Shown: in pieces, positions 32,480-41,416 of the stretch
Position numbering within the stretch: position 1 is the stretch's first letter
Layout of the letters: every line of letters begins with the position of its first letter
Source: Chloroflexota bacterium
GTDB taxonomy: Bacteria > Chloroflexota > Dehalococcoidia > Lucifugimonadales > JADFKI01
Direction: 5' to 3'
Length of the DNA: 64,000 nt
Assembly (NCBI GenBank): GCA_027623195.1
Contig: JAQBUT010000011.1
Coordinates: forward strand, 6,432-70,431
Notes under the pieces: generated by a model
Seen by the model: only the letters and a program-made list of their open reading frames with translations
The model's database searches: none
What the model was told of the DNA's origin: nothing
Translations under genes and position numbers: made by a program

Positions 32480-33235
32480 TCAGCGGAAAATCTTACTTAT
32501 CACAACCTCATCGCCGAGTAAGACTTCAACATTTACGGGTTCACGGATTTCTGTAATTATTCGGACGTTGTAATCTCCCGAAGCTGACTCTATGGTTTCG
32601 TATATTCCATCTTCGGTAACTCTCTGTGTTGTGAATACGAATGGCTCAAGCTTAAATAGGCTTAATGATGCAATACTTGGGCACGCTGCATAGACGGTAA
32701 CCGAAGGGACTGAGAAGGGTGTGTCCACTGAGAGAATGGCGTCGAACATAGGCCGACACTTGTGCATTCCCAATTCTGGATTCGTGAGATTCAATTTTGG
32801 CGCCGTTAATTGTGGTGAACCTTTCTTATCTTCTTCAGACTGAGCATGTGGAGGGCTAGGAGAAGGCCGCGGGTCAGTAATTCTAAATAATTCTGTATAG
32901 GTATCGCGCCCATCGGCCCTAGCTCTAATACGTGCCGAATATTCTTTGGTTTCATTGTCCATTGCATTGGTCATTGCGTATGCCGGTACTGTAAAGGAAA
33001 CGTGATTTCGCCCCGTCCCCATTAGCTTCAACGGATAACTTACCCCAATCGCAGGGAATTCTACATCGGCAATCTGAAGCCATAACTCACTCACATCAGT
33101 CACTAGCATTGAAGGTCTTAACGTGAGGTGAACCTGCACCTTGAATGTGCCATTGTTGGGTTGCTGGGACTTAACCAAGGCCTCGTGTATATCGATGTTC
33201 ACTGGTGGCGGAAGGAAATCTTCAAACTGATACAC
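32480..33235 (-). CDS. Hypothetical protein (AT-richer orphan; possibly the frameshifted continuation of 33222..33515)
   Basis: 251-aa open frame with no recognisable motif; composition differs from the flanks. Confidence 0.45.
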   Translation of the reverse strand: MYQFEDFLPPPVNIDIHEALVKSQQPNNGTFKVQVHLTLRPSMLVTDVSELWLQIADVEFPAIGVSYPLKLMGTGRNHVSFTVPAYAMTNAMDNETKEYSARIRARADGRDTYTELFRITDPRPSPSPPHAQSEEDKKGSPQLTAPKLNLTNPELGMHKCRPMFDAILSVDTPFSVPSVTVYAACPSIASLSLFKLEPFVFTTQRVTEDGIYETIESASGDYNVRIITEIREPVNVEVLLGDEVVISKIFR

Positions 33236-33515
33236 TACCCGAATTTGTAACGGATGGTACTTCGGCCTCTACTGTGACCTTGGGTTTGGTCCACCAAAGA
33301 CCCCACAGCAGCAGTGCTAAGCCCACAACTGGAAAGCCAATTTGGAAAAAAGAGAGTGTGGGATTGAAAGTAACGACGGTACTCTCATTGCCAGGTGTGT
33401 ATCGGTCGATGATGGATAACCACGAGTCAAAAGCACCTGGTGCCGTGACCAAAAGAAAGACGATAATAACAACGGCAATTCGGCGTTTGTCCATACGGGA
33501 ATCATATCTCAACAC
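33222..33515 (-). CDS. Hypothetical membrane protein (two hydrophobic segments)
   Basis: RRIAVVIIVFLLV and GFPVVGLALLLWGLWW segments; overlaps the next ORF by 14 nt. Confidence 0.5.
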   Translation of the reverse strand: MLRYDSRMDKRRIAVVIIVFLLVTAPGAFDSWLSIIDRYTPGNESTVVTFNPTLSFFQIGFPVVGLALLLWGLWWTKPKVTVEAEVPSVTNSGSVSV

Positions 33516-33572
33516 CCCGCACGAAATAGATATTCACCAATCACTGATTGAAAACCCCCAAATCGCGGACGC

Positions 33573-33605
33573 AAAAAAGGGGCGCACTTATGTGCGCCCC
33601 CTTTT
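33573..33605. terminator. Intrinsic terminator after moeB (bidirectional tails)
   Basis: AAAAAAGGGGCGCAC-TTAT-GTGCGCCCCCTTTT. Confidence 0.8.
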
Positions 33606-33627
33606 ATTGAATTACATTCGGTTCGGG

Positions 33628-34461
33628 CTAATGAGCCAATGAAGGCATACCGCAGAACATTTCGTAATCGATAAGTTCTGTAACGGTAGGGTTGTCCCCG
33701 CATAGCGGGCACTCCGGGTTCCTTCGTAGCTTAACGGTGCGGAAGTCCATATCTAGCGCGTCGATGAGGAGCAGTCTTCCCGACAGCGACTTGCCGACTC
33801 CGAGAATCAATTTGACCGTCTCGGTGGCCTGGATAGTGCCGACCATTCCCGGCAGCATACCTAGCACGCCGGCCTCGGCGCAGCTTGGCACCTCACCCGG
33901 AGGCGGGGGCGTTGGGAACAGGCAGCGGTAGCAGCCAGCGCCCGGCAGGTACACAGACGCCATGCCATCAAATAGAAGAATGCTTCCATCCACCAGAGGC
34001 TTGTTGCTCAGGTACGCCGCGTCGTTTACCAGGTAACGAGCAGGGAAGTTGTCGGCCCCGTTAACGATGATGTCGTATTCGGGGATGATGTCGAAGGCGT
34101 TCGCCGAGGTAATGGGCTCTTCGTGTAGGATTACATTTACATCCGGGTTGTAAGCTTTCAGCGTGGCGTAGGCCGATTGAGCCTTAGACTTTCCGATGTC
34201 GTCGTTCTGGTGCAGAATCTGGCGCTGCAGGTTGGTAACGTCAACAGTGTCGAAATCGACAATGCCGATTGTGCCCACCCCTGCCAGTGTGAGATAAATT
34301 GCGATTGGAGAGCCCAAGCCGCCTGCTCCAACCATCAGTACTTTGGCGTCGAGAAGCTTGCGCTGTCCCGCGCTTCCAACCTGAGGCATGATAATGTGCC
34401 GGCTGTACCTTTGAACTTGATAAGGCGTTAGCGCCTGGGTCTGAGTTTCGGTCTGGGTCAT
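33628..34461 (-). CDS. moeB: ThiF/MoeB-family sulfur-carrier adenylyltransferase (no rhodanese domain)
   Basis: RYSRHI, GAGGLGS, DFDTVDVTNLQRQILH, CYRCLFP, SCAEAGVLG, CPLCG. Confidence 0.88.
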   Translation of the reverse strand: MTQTETQTQALTPYQVQRYSRHIIMPQVGSAGQRKLLDAKVLMVGAGGLGSPIAIYLTLAGVGTIGIVDFDTVDVTNLQRQILHQNDDIGKSKAQSAYATLKAYNPDVNVILHEEPITSANAFDIIPEYDIIVNGADNFPARYLVNDAAYLSNKPLVDGSILLFDGMASVYLPGAGCYRCLFPTPPPPGEVPSCAEAGVLGMLPGMVGTIQATETVKLILGVGKSLSGRLLLIDALDMDFRTVKLRRNPECPLCGDNPTVTELIDYEMFCGMPSLAH

Positions 34462-34564
34462 ATTTGGATTTCCTCCGTGGCCTTTAATCTTTAGATGCCT
34501 ATTCGCAAGAACCGGTGCTACTGTTTAACTAAATCTCTGGTATTCCGGCCCAAAGTTAAGGAAT

Positions 34565-34605
34565 AAAAAAACTCCACTAAAAACCGCCTGGGGGTCACAG
34601 TGGAG
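34565..34605 (-). terminator. Attenuator terminator in the moeB leader
   Basis: mRNA CUCCACU...AGUGGAG followed by U7, about 100 nt upstream of the moeB start. Confidence 0.75.
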
Positions 34606-34694
34606 CTTGGTCTGGTCGCTGGCCACTGGGAATGGAATCCCACTAACCAACGTTGTTCAAACCTGGTTGGCCTACTCGAGGCCAACTCCCTGTT

Positions 34695-34748
34695 TTAGAC
34701 CACCTGATATTTGGTGGAGCAACAGAGGCAGCTAGCTTTGCAAATCAT
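34695..34748 (-). CDS. Cysteine-rich leader peptide MICKASCLCCSTKYQVV (putative attenuator of moeB)
   Basis: ATG 34748 to TAA 34695; 4 Cys in 17 codons including CLCC; lies between the promoter and the leader terminator. Confidence 0.7.
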   Translation of the reverse strand: MICKASCLCCSTKYQVV

Positions 34749-34787
34749 GCTTTTCTCGATAAACAGCGTTTGCGCGCGTGCATTAGA

Positions 34788-34816
34788 AGTATAGCATGGC
34801 GGGGTTTTGACTTCAA
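34788..34816 (-). promoter_or_regulatory. Promoter of the leader-moeB transcript
   Basis: TTGAAG-N17-TATACT with extended -10 TG on the minus strand. Confidence 0.65.
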
Positions 34817-34909
34817 CTGAGGCATATGTCGTCCCTTAGTCCAACTCCTGCGGACCGCCCTATACGCCTGCGCGCGCCCTTGTTGCCTAAATAGTATCCT
34901 AAATTTGCG

Positions 34910-34938
34910 TTGACATGCCTAGGTGCCGCAGTTAACAT
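34910..34938 (+). promoter_or_regulatory. Promoter upstream of otsA
   Basis: TTGACA-N17-TAACAT. Confidence 0.6.
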
Positions 34939-34982
34939 ACGGGCCACTGATGAACTCGTGTTCAGATGCTCAGGCGCGGGTG

Positions 34983-35014
34983 AATCAGTCCATGTAAATC
35001 AGTCCATGTAAATC
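34983..35014 (+). repeat. 14-bp tandem duplication (AATCAGTCCATGTA x2.3)
   Basis: AATCAGTCCATGTA AATCAGTCCATGTA AATC. Confidence 0.85.
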
Positions 35015-35182
35015 CCCCCCAATAAAATGTCCGCCTGAGTCTCGGCTTCTCTAAATCAGGATTCACTCGGGTCCGAGTTTGTTGGTTGAGAGCTATTCGA
35101 CCCGCATGAATTGTCCTGCCGGGTGAACTTGTTATCCATGTCCCGTGTCATTAGTTAGGGGCAGACAGCGTATGAGGTAACG

Positions 35183-36607
35183 GTGCAACAAGGTCAGAGA
35201 CTGGTTGTCGTTTCTAATAGGGTTCCCCCTGCTTCTGCGGTCACTCCTCAAGACGGCAACGGCTCGGCTCCCGTAGGTGGCCTGGTTAGCGCCATCAAGC
35301 CCACAATGGAAAAGTATGGCGGGCTTTGGCTGGGATGGAGCGGAAGGAGCACGCAGCGTCGGGGTGGCTACGAGCCCACCGTATCCGACCTCGGCCCCGT
35401 TCAGTTGGCCACGCTGGACTTTGCGGAAGAAGAGGCCAGTATGTATTACATAGGCTATTCCAACCGCACGCTTTGGCCCCTACTTCACAGCTTCCCAGGC
35501 CGCGTGGTTATACGCCATGACACATACAGGTTCTACCGTCGGATCAATCGGCGATTCGCTGAGGCACTTTTCTCCGTCTTAAAGCCAGGAGATCAGGTCT
35601 GGGTACACGATTTTCACCTATTCCACCTGGGGTTTGAGTTGCGGCAACTAGGTTGGACTGGCAGCATAGGATTCTTCCTGCATGTCCCCTTCCCTGCGGC
35701 GGACATCTTCTCGATTTTGCCATGGTCCAAAGACACCCTGGAGGCCCTACTGCACTACGATCTCGTCGGAGTTCATACGGATAGGTACCTGCGTAACTTG
35801 CATGATGCCTTGGACTCGGAGCTAGGTGGCTCAGTTGACAGCAGCGGCGTCTACTCGTACGGAGCCCTATCGTCCAAGCTAGGCGTGTATAGCATTGGCA
35901 TAGATCCGTCCGTTTTTCAGGAGAAAACGATGCTCGGCAGTCGTAGCCTGACGGAGGAGCTCTCGTTAAATCTGAACCCGAGTCATCGCCTGATAATAGG
36001 CGTGGACAGGTTGGACTATACCAAAGGCATACCACACCGACTGCGTGCCTTCGAGCGTATGCTGGAGCAACATTCAAATTTGCGCGGTAAGGTTATATAC
36101 GTCCAGATATCTTCGCCCTCCCGCACACGCGTGCCAGAGTACATACAGGAGAAGGAGCAGGTGGAGCGTCTGGTGGGTCAGATTAATGGCAGGTTCTCTG
36201 AAGCCAACTGGGTGCCCATCAGGTACCTTTATCGGTCCTATCCCCAAAACGTGCTTGCCCGCTTTTACCACGACGCTGACGTGGCAATGGTGACTCCCCT
36301 TAGGGATGGGATGAACCTCGTAGCCAAGGAGTTCGTCGCGGCGCAGGGGGAGGAAAATCCGGGCGTCCTGGTTTTGTCTCAGTTCTCGGGGGCTGCCACT
36401 TCATTGGTTGATGCAGTTATTGTGAATCCATACGACGTGGACGGCATGGCGGAGGCTACCTACCGCGCTTTACGAATGCCTTTGGCAGAACGTCTGGCCC
36501 GATCCAAGAGCCTGATGAAGGACGTTTTCACGGATACTGCCGCCTCGTGGAGTGAATCCTTTTTGGATGACCTTAAGCTGAATTCCAGGCGGGCACCTGT
36601 CAATTAA
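35183..36607 (+). CDS. otsA: Trehalose-6-phosphate synthase (GT20)
   Basis: VVSNRVP, GGLVSA, WVHDFHL, GFFLHVPFP, GVDRLDYTKGI, TPLRDGMNLVAKE. Confidence 0.9.
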   Translation: MQQGQRLVVVSNRVPPASAVTPQDGNGSAPVGGLVSAIKPTMEKYGGLWLGWSGRSTQRRGGYEPTVSDLGPVQLATLDFAEEEASMYYIGYSNRTLWPLLHSFPGRVVIRHDTYRFYRRINRRFAEALFSVLKPGDQVWVHDFHLFHLGFELRQLGWTGSIGFFLHVPFPAADIFSILPWSKDTLEALLHYDLVGVHTDRYLRNLHDALDSELGGSVDSSGVYSYGALSSKLGVYSIGIDPSVFQEKTMLGSRSLTEELSLNLNPSHRLIIGVDRLDYTKGIPHRLRAFERMLEQHSNLRGKVIYVQISSPSRTRVPEYIQEKEQVERLVGQINGRFSEANWVPIRYLYRSYPQNVLARFYHDADVAMVTPLRDGMNLVAKEFVAAQGEENPGVLVLSQFSGAATSLVDAVIVNPYDVDGMAEATYRALRMPLAERLARSKSLMKDVFTDTAASWSESFLDDLKLNSRRAPVN

Positions 36608-36690
36608 ACCTGCCTAAAGCCGATGAGGCCAGATGAGGTTTGCCCGAGACCTGAAGATTATCGTAATCATTTCGGGCGGCGAGAGCCTCA

Positions 36691-37590
36691 TCACTCCAGC
36701 GTAACTGTCCCGTTAGCTGCATTTATCACCAGCTCTGCCTCTCCCAATCCTATGATGCCCGAGAAGTTTTTGTCGTCCGCTGTGCCTGCCGCCAGGGCGA
36801 GGCTGCTGACTGCGCTGCCGTTTGTGGCCGACGCCAGAACCCTCAGACTGGGGTCGCCGTCTAGCTTCACCACTACGTTGCCGTTGGATGTGAGGAAGCC
36901 GTTCTTGCCGCCAGGCGTAAGCTCCCCCTGAAAGTAAATGGTGCCGCTTCTCGTTGCCAGTTCGAAGGCGCCCTTGCCGCGCTCCACCCTCACTGTGCCG
37001 TTGGTGGTTTCCAGGGAGGCATTGCCTATCATAGAGTCGATGCTAATTCCCCCGTTGGTAGTGCCGCCGTTGAAATTGCCGCTGACGTCCTCCAAGGTGA
37101 TTCCTCCATTGGAGGTTACCAGGTTGCCTGAGGCCTGCATGCCCGAAATTTCCACGTCTCCGTCATTAGTAATGAGGTCTATAAACGTGGTGCTTGGCGC
37201 GGTGATAATAATATCTGCGCTGGGGATATTTAACTTGGCCAGGTTACGAAGCCCAGGATGCTGTTTCGCAGCGATGATAATGGTGTCGCCTTCCCGCCTG
37301 ACTTCGTACTCCAGCTTTTCCGGGTTTTGAATCGAGGACTGGACTACGATGACGCCGGGTGGACCGGCGCGCACATCCACGCGTCCGCCGTCACTCTCAA
37401 CCAGCAGCTTTGGAGACGATCCAACACTGAAAGTGTCGTCGTGTATTGCGCCCTGTGCGGAACTCGGCGTGCAAGCGCCAACAAGCAGCGCCAACATCAG
37501 GAAGACTATGGTGGACAAGCGGCGAGGCAGGCCCCCCCAGATCGTAGGGCCTCCGTTGGCAGCCAAAATTTTGGTCCACATTCGCCCCAT
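36691..37590 (-). CDS. DUF4097 family beta-strand-repeat lipoprotein
   Basis: Lipobox LLVGAC; repeated T-(S/T)-NG motifs; AAGGAG RBS before ATG 37590. Confidence 0.75.
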   Translation of the reverse strand: MGRMWTKILAANGGPTIWGGLPRRLSTIVFLMLALLVGACTPSSAQGAIHDDTFSVGSSPKLLVESDGGRVDVRAGPPGVIVVQSSIQNPEKLEYEVRREGDTIIIAAKQHPGLRNLAKLNIPSADIIITAPSTTFIDLITNDGDVEISGMQASGNLVTSNGGITLEDVSGNFNGGTTNGGISIDSMIGNASLETTNGTVRVERGKGAFELATRSGTIYFQGELTPGGKNGFLTSNGNVVVKLDGDPSLRVLASATNGSAVSSLALAAGTADDKNFSGIIGLGEAELVINAANGTVTLE

Positions 37591-38003
37591 TAGAGGCTCC
37601 TTCAACCTGAAGAACTTAGACCCGCCACGGAAACATATTCCAAAACATCAATCAGGTATTACCTATATAAACTATAGCGTACGCATGTAGTGTTTTCTGT
37701 TAGAAAAGCGTGCCTTTTGTGTTTGCGAGTCGATTGACGCTGGCTGCGGGTGCTGCAATCGGCGAAAACATCGGGTTTACGAGAACATAAATCTCCATAG
37801 GATTTCCGTAATCTAATTGGTTGGACACCACGGGCTTCGTAAGGGGGTAGATTACTGCTTTTCGCGCTTCTGTGACGCCATGTGGACTATTTGGCCGTGC
37901 TGCTTTGATTGGCGGCGGCAATGGTCGGTTTATTCCAAGAGCGTAGGGATTCATTGGGCATTAACTCAAATTAGAAATTACGAAACGTATTTGGAGGCGA
38001 GAG

Positions 38004-39254
38004 ATGTTGGGTTCAAAGGAAATTACAGTCTACGAGGAGGTAAATGTCTTCTTCGATCGCGCTGCTGAGCGTCTTGGGCTGGAAGACGGCGTGAGGGAGA
38101 TGCTGCGTAGGCCGTGGAGAGAGCTTCAGGTTTCGGTGCCCATCAGAACCGACGAAGGCGATATCAAAGTCTACACAGGGTATCGCGTGCAACATAACGG
38201 AGCGCGCGGTCCATACAAGGGCGGAGTGCGGTACCACCCGCTGGCGGACCAGGAAGAGGTCAGAGCACTGGCGTCGCTAATGACGTGGAAGAATGCGCTG
38301 GTGGACATTCCATTTGGCGGCGCCAAGGGGGGTATCCAGTGTGATCCACGGACCATGAGCGAGGGAGAATTGAATCGTCTTACCCGACGCTACACCCTGC
38401 AGATAGAGCACCTGCTGGGGGTGAACCGGGATATTCCCGCGCCGGACCTGGGAACTAATTCTCAGACTATGGCCTGGATGATGGACACCTACGGCCAGGT
38501 ACACGGCTACACGCCTGGTGTAGTAACGGGGAAGCCCGTAGAGCTTGGGGGCTCTGTAGGGCGGGATTCGGCTACCGGCCGAGGCGCAGTCTATGTGCTG
38601 CGGGAGGCCGCCAAAGACCTTGGGATTTCGCCGGATGGGGCTCGAATCGTAGTGCAGGGCTTCGGGCAGGTCGGGTCGTGGACGGTACGGCTGTTGGGGG
38701 AAATGGGCTGCAAGGTTATTGGCGTAAGTGATGTAGATGGCGGCATATACAATCCTAATGGAATTGATGTGAACGCGCTGGTGCAGCACAAGGAATCTTG
38801 CCGTACGGTATCTACCTTTCCAAATGGTGACCGCGTTACAAATGAGGAATTGCTGGAGTTGGATTGCGAGTTCCTGGTGCCGGCTGCTATCGACAAGGTC
38901 ATTCACCGGGACAATGCACCCAAGGTAAGGGCCAGGGTCGTTGTGGAGGCCGCTAACCACCCTTTAACGCCGGAGGCGGATGAAATATTGAATGCCGCAG
39001 GGGTCACAGTGATTCCAGATATACTGGCCAATGCCGGTGGCGTTATCGTCTCCTATTTCGAATGGACCCAGAACTTCTACCAGCACCAGTGGGACATGGA
39101 AAGAGTTAATGACGAACTAAATAAGATCATGACTCGCGCATACATAGCGGTGAAGGAAAAGGCCGCATCCGAGCGAATTACCTTGCGAGAAGCCGCCTTC
39201 TTGATTGGCGTTGGGCGAGTCGCCAAGGTAGCAAAAATGCGGGGCTTTATCTAA
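38004..39254 (+). CDS. gdhA: Glu/Leu/Phe/Val dehydrogenase (glutamate dehydrogenase)
   Basis: GPYKGGVRYHP, PFGGAKGG, DIPAPD, TGKP, QGFGQVG, PDILANAGGV-VSYFEW. Confidence 0.9.
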   Translation: MLGSKEITVYEEVNVFFDRAAERLGLEDGVREMLRRPWRELQVSVPIRTDEGDIKVYTGYRVQHNGARGPYKGGVRYHPLADQEEVRALASLMTWKNALVDIPFGGAKGGIQCDPRTMSEGELNRLTRRYTLQIEHLLGVNRDIPAPDLGTNSQTMAWMMDTYGQVHGYTPGVVTGKPVELGGSVGRDSATGRGAVYVLREAAKDLGISPDGARIVVQGFGQVGSWTVRLLGEMGCKVIGVSDVDGGIYNPNGIDVNALVQHKESCRTVSTFPNGDRVTNEELLELDCEFLVPAAIDKVIHRDNAPKVRARVVVEAANHPLTPEADEILNAAGVTVIPDILANAGGVIVSYFEWTQNFYQHQWDMERVNDELNKIMTRAYIAVKEKAASERITLREAAFLIGVGRVAKVAKMRGFI

Positions 39255-39364
39255 CACGTCGGCATGATAGTCTTGACCCGAAACGTCTCAAGGGGGTAGC
39301 CTTGGCTTAAAATTTGTCTTTTCGTTTTACGCCAGCCCCAACACTCGCCTGAAGGAGAGCATCC

Positions 39365-40414
39365 TTGGAGTTCGGGTCATTCGTCGAGTTTCACCGCCGG
39401 GAGGGCAGCAGCTTTGCCGACGCATTTCAGGAGTCATTTGATCACATTGAGCAGGCCGAAAGCCTGGGTCTAGACGGGGTCTGGCTATCCGAGTCTCACT
39501 TCAACCCCGGCAGGTCTGTGCTATCTTCGCCGCACTCCATAGCGGCTGCTATTGCGGCCCGGACTAAAAGACTCAAGATAGGCACTGCCGTAAGCATTCT
39601 CCCTTTGGGCAATCCGCTCAGGATGGCTGAAGAGACCGCAACCATCGACCAGATTAGCCAGGGTAGGTTCCAATTCGGAGTCGGTAGGAGCGGCCTTCCA
39701 GGTTCTTATGAAGGCTACGGCATGTCGTATGCTGAGAGCCGGGAACGATTTTTCGAATACCTGGAAATTATCGTGAAGGCTTGGACCCAAGAGCGTTTCT
39801 CCCACCAGGGCAACTACTTTTCGTACAACGACGTTTGCCTGGTGCCCAAGCCGCTTCAGTCTCCACATCCTCCGGTACGTATCGCTGCAACCACATCGGA
39901 CACCTTCCCTATTATCGCCAAGATGGGCTTCCCAATCTTCATTGGCGTTCGAAGCCTCGGTTTGGACGCGGTGGCAGAGCAGGTGGCTGATTACAAACAG
40001 GCCTGGAAGGACGCGGGACATCCCGGGCCAGTGGATATTTCGATTCGGATACCAGTCTACGTTGCCGATACCAAGGAGCATGCCATCGCTGAGGCTGAGG
40101 ATAGCTTTATGCGACAGTTCAGGCGCCTTGGTGGCCAGCTCTCCGCTTCTGCCACGAGGGTAGGTTCGGTCGCCTCGGAGGCCCGGTCCGAGCGTGGCCA
40201 GCAGTTGGCAGACCTGACGTGGCAAAACGTAATGGGCAGTAAAGCACTGGTTGGCACCTCGGAAATGGTTATCGAACAGCTTCACCATTTGAAAGAGACC
40301 CTTCATTTTAGTGGTGTTGTTGCCGAGCTTAACGCCGGCGAACTAATTCCCAGGGAGAAAATAGCCAGGTCTCTTCGCCTGTTTTGTGAGGAGGTTGCTC
40401 CCGCTTTTTCTTAG
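39365..40414 (+). CDS. LLM-class flavin-dependent oxidoreductase (luciferase-like monooxygenase)
   Basis: WLSESHF, IGTAVSILP, ATIDQISQGRFQFGVGR, PKPLQSPHPP, EEVAPAF. Confidence 0.9.
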   Translation: MEFGSFVEFHRREGSSFADAFQESFDHIEQAESLGLDGVWLSESHFNPGRSVLSSPHSIAAAIAARTKRLKIGTAVSILPLGNPLRMAEETATIDQISQGRFQFGVGRSGLPGSYEGYGMSYAESRERFFEYLEIIVKAWTQERFSHQGNYFSYNDVCLVPKPLQSPHPPVRIAATTSDTFPIIAKMGFPIFIGVRSLGLDAVAEQVADYKQAWKDAGHPGPVDISIRIPVYVADTKEHAIAEAEDSFMRQFRRLGGQLSASATRVGSVASEARSERGQQLADLTWQNVMGSKALVGTSEMVIEQLHHLKETLHFSGVVAELNAGELIPREKIARSLRLFCEEVAPAFS

Positions 40415-40462
40415 CAAGAGGCATAAGATCTGGCACCATATTCATGCAAAGGGGATTTGCGA

Positions 40463-41293
40463 ATGCTTTCATCGGCCATAACGGACGCCTACACACCGCG
40501 AGAGATCGCGGACAAGGTCCGGGCGCTGGGCGTAGCCAAGGCCAGAGGCGACGCGTTAACGATACTGGTTCTGAGCGTGTTGGCGGGCGCTTTCATCAGC
40601 CTGGGGGCAGTGTTCTTTATGGTCGTGGTGACCGGCACTTCCCTGGGCTTTGGGGCGACGAGGCTCCTGGGAGGCCTGGCATTTAGTCTCGGGCTGGTCC
40701 TCGTCGTCGTTGCCGGGGCAGAACTTTTCACAGGGAACAACCTGGTGTCCATGGCGTGGGCGTCGCGGCTTATTACTTTTCCGGAGCTACTTCGGAACTG
40801 GGTTTTAGTGTACGTCGGAAACGTGGCCGGTTGCATAGGTACGGTGGTCTTAGTGCTAGCCGCAGGCGTGGATGGTTTCGGCGGCGGCGCGGTCGGAGAA
40901 ACGGCCAAGGCAATTGGCGAAAGCAAGGCTATGCTGGACCCGCTGCAGGCCTTCGCCCTTGGCGTTTTATGCAATGCCCTGGTATGCCTTGCGGTATGGC
41001 TGACGCTAGGCGGCAGGACGGTTACAGACAAGATCCTGGCTATTATCTTCCCCATCACGGCCTTTGTTACCATAGGGTTTGAACATTCCATAGCCAACTG
41101 GTTCTTCCTGCCCTACGCGATTGCACTGGACGGCTTTCAGTCTGGCTATCTGGTGACCGGGGCCGTGGTGAATCTCGTCGCCGTCACGTTAGGCAATGTC
41201 TTGGGTGGCACGCTGCTGGTGGCAGGCGTCTACTGGTTGGCATACCTTCGAAACGATCGCGCGGCCAACACCTCGAATACCGGGCAGTCGTGA
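40463..41293 (+). CDS. Formate/nitrite transporter (FNT) family protein
   Basis: GAELFTGN, GVLCNALVCLAVW, GFEHSIAN, VTLGNVLGG. Confidence 0.92.
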   Translation: MLSSAITDAYTPREIADKVRALGVAKARGDALTILVLSVLAGAFISLGAVFFMVVVTGTSLGFGATRLLGGLAFSLGLVLVVVAGAELFTGNNLVSMAWASRLITFPELLRNWVLVYVGNVAGCIGTVVLVLAAGVDGFGGGAVGETAKAIGESKAMLDPLQAFALGVLCNALVCLAVWLTLGGRTVTDKILAIIFPITAFVTIGFEHSIANWFFLPYAIALDGFQSGYLVTGAVVNLVAVTLGNVLGGTLLVAGVYWLAYLRNDRAANTSNTGQS

Positions 41294-41416
41294 GCAGGCG
41301 TCTTATAGCGATTTGGGCCTGTTTCCCTGTATTGCCTGATGCAGCGGGTTGTGGTGCTTGGTGCTATAATTTACGTTGTAATAATAGGACTTGAAACAAG
41401 GTCATTTGGCCTTTAA

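Noticed and set aside
34745-34783. Second uORF MHARKRCLSRKA overlapping the Cys-leader start
   Set aside because: Its ATG is only about 4 nt from the -10 box, probably at or upstream of the TSS; unsupported without TSS data.
34946-34966. CTGATGA as a hammerhead ribozyme core
   Set aside because: No matching GAAA core or stem arrangement downstream.
34983-35014. Tandem repeat as a CRISPR remnant
   Set aside because: 14-bp units with no spacers and no cas genes.
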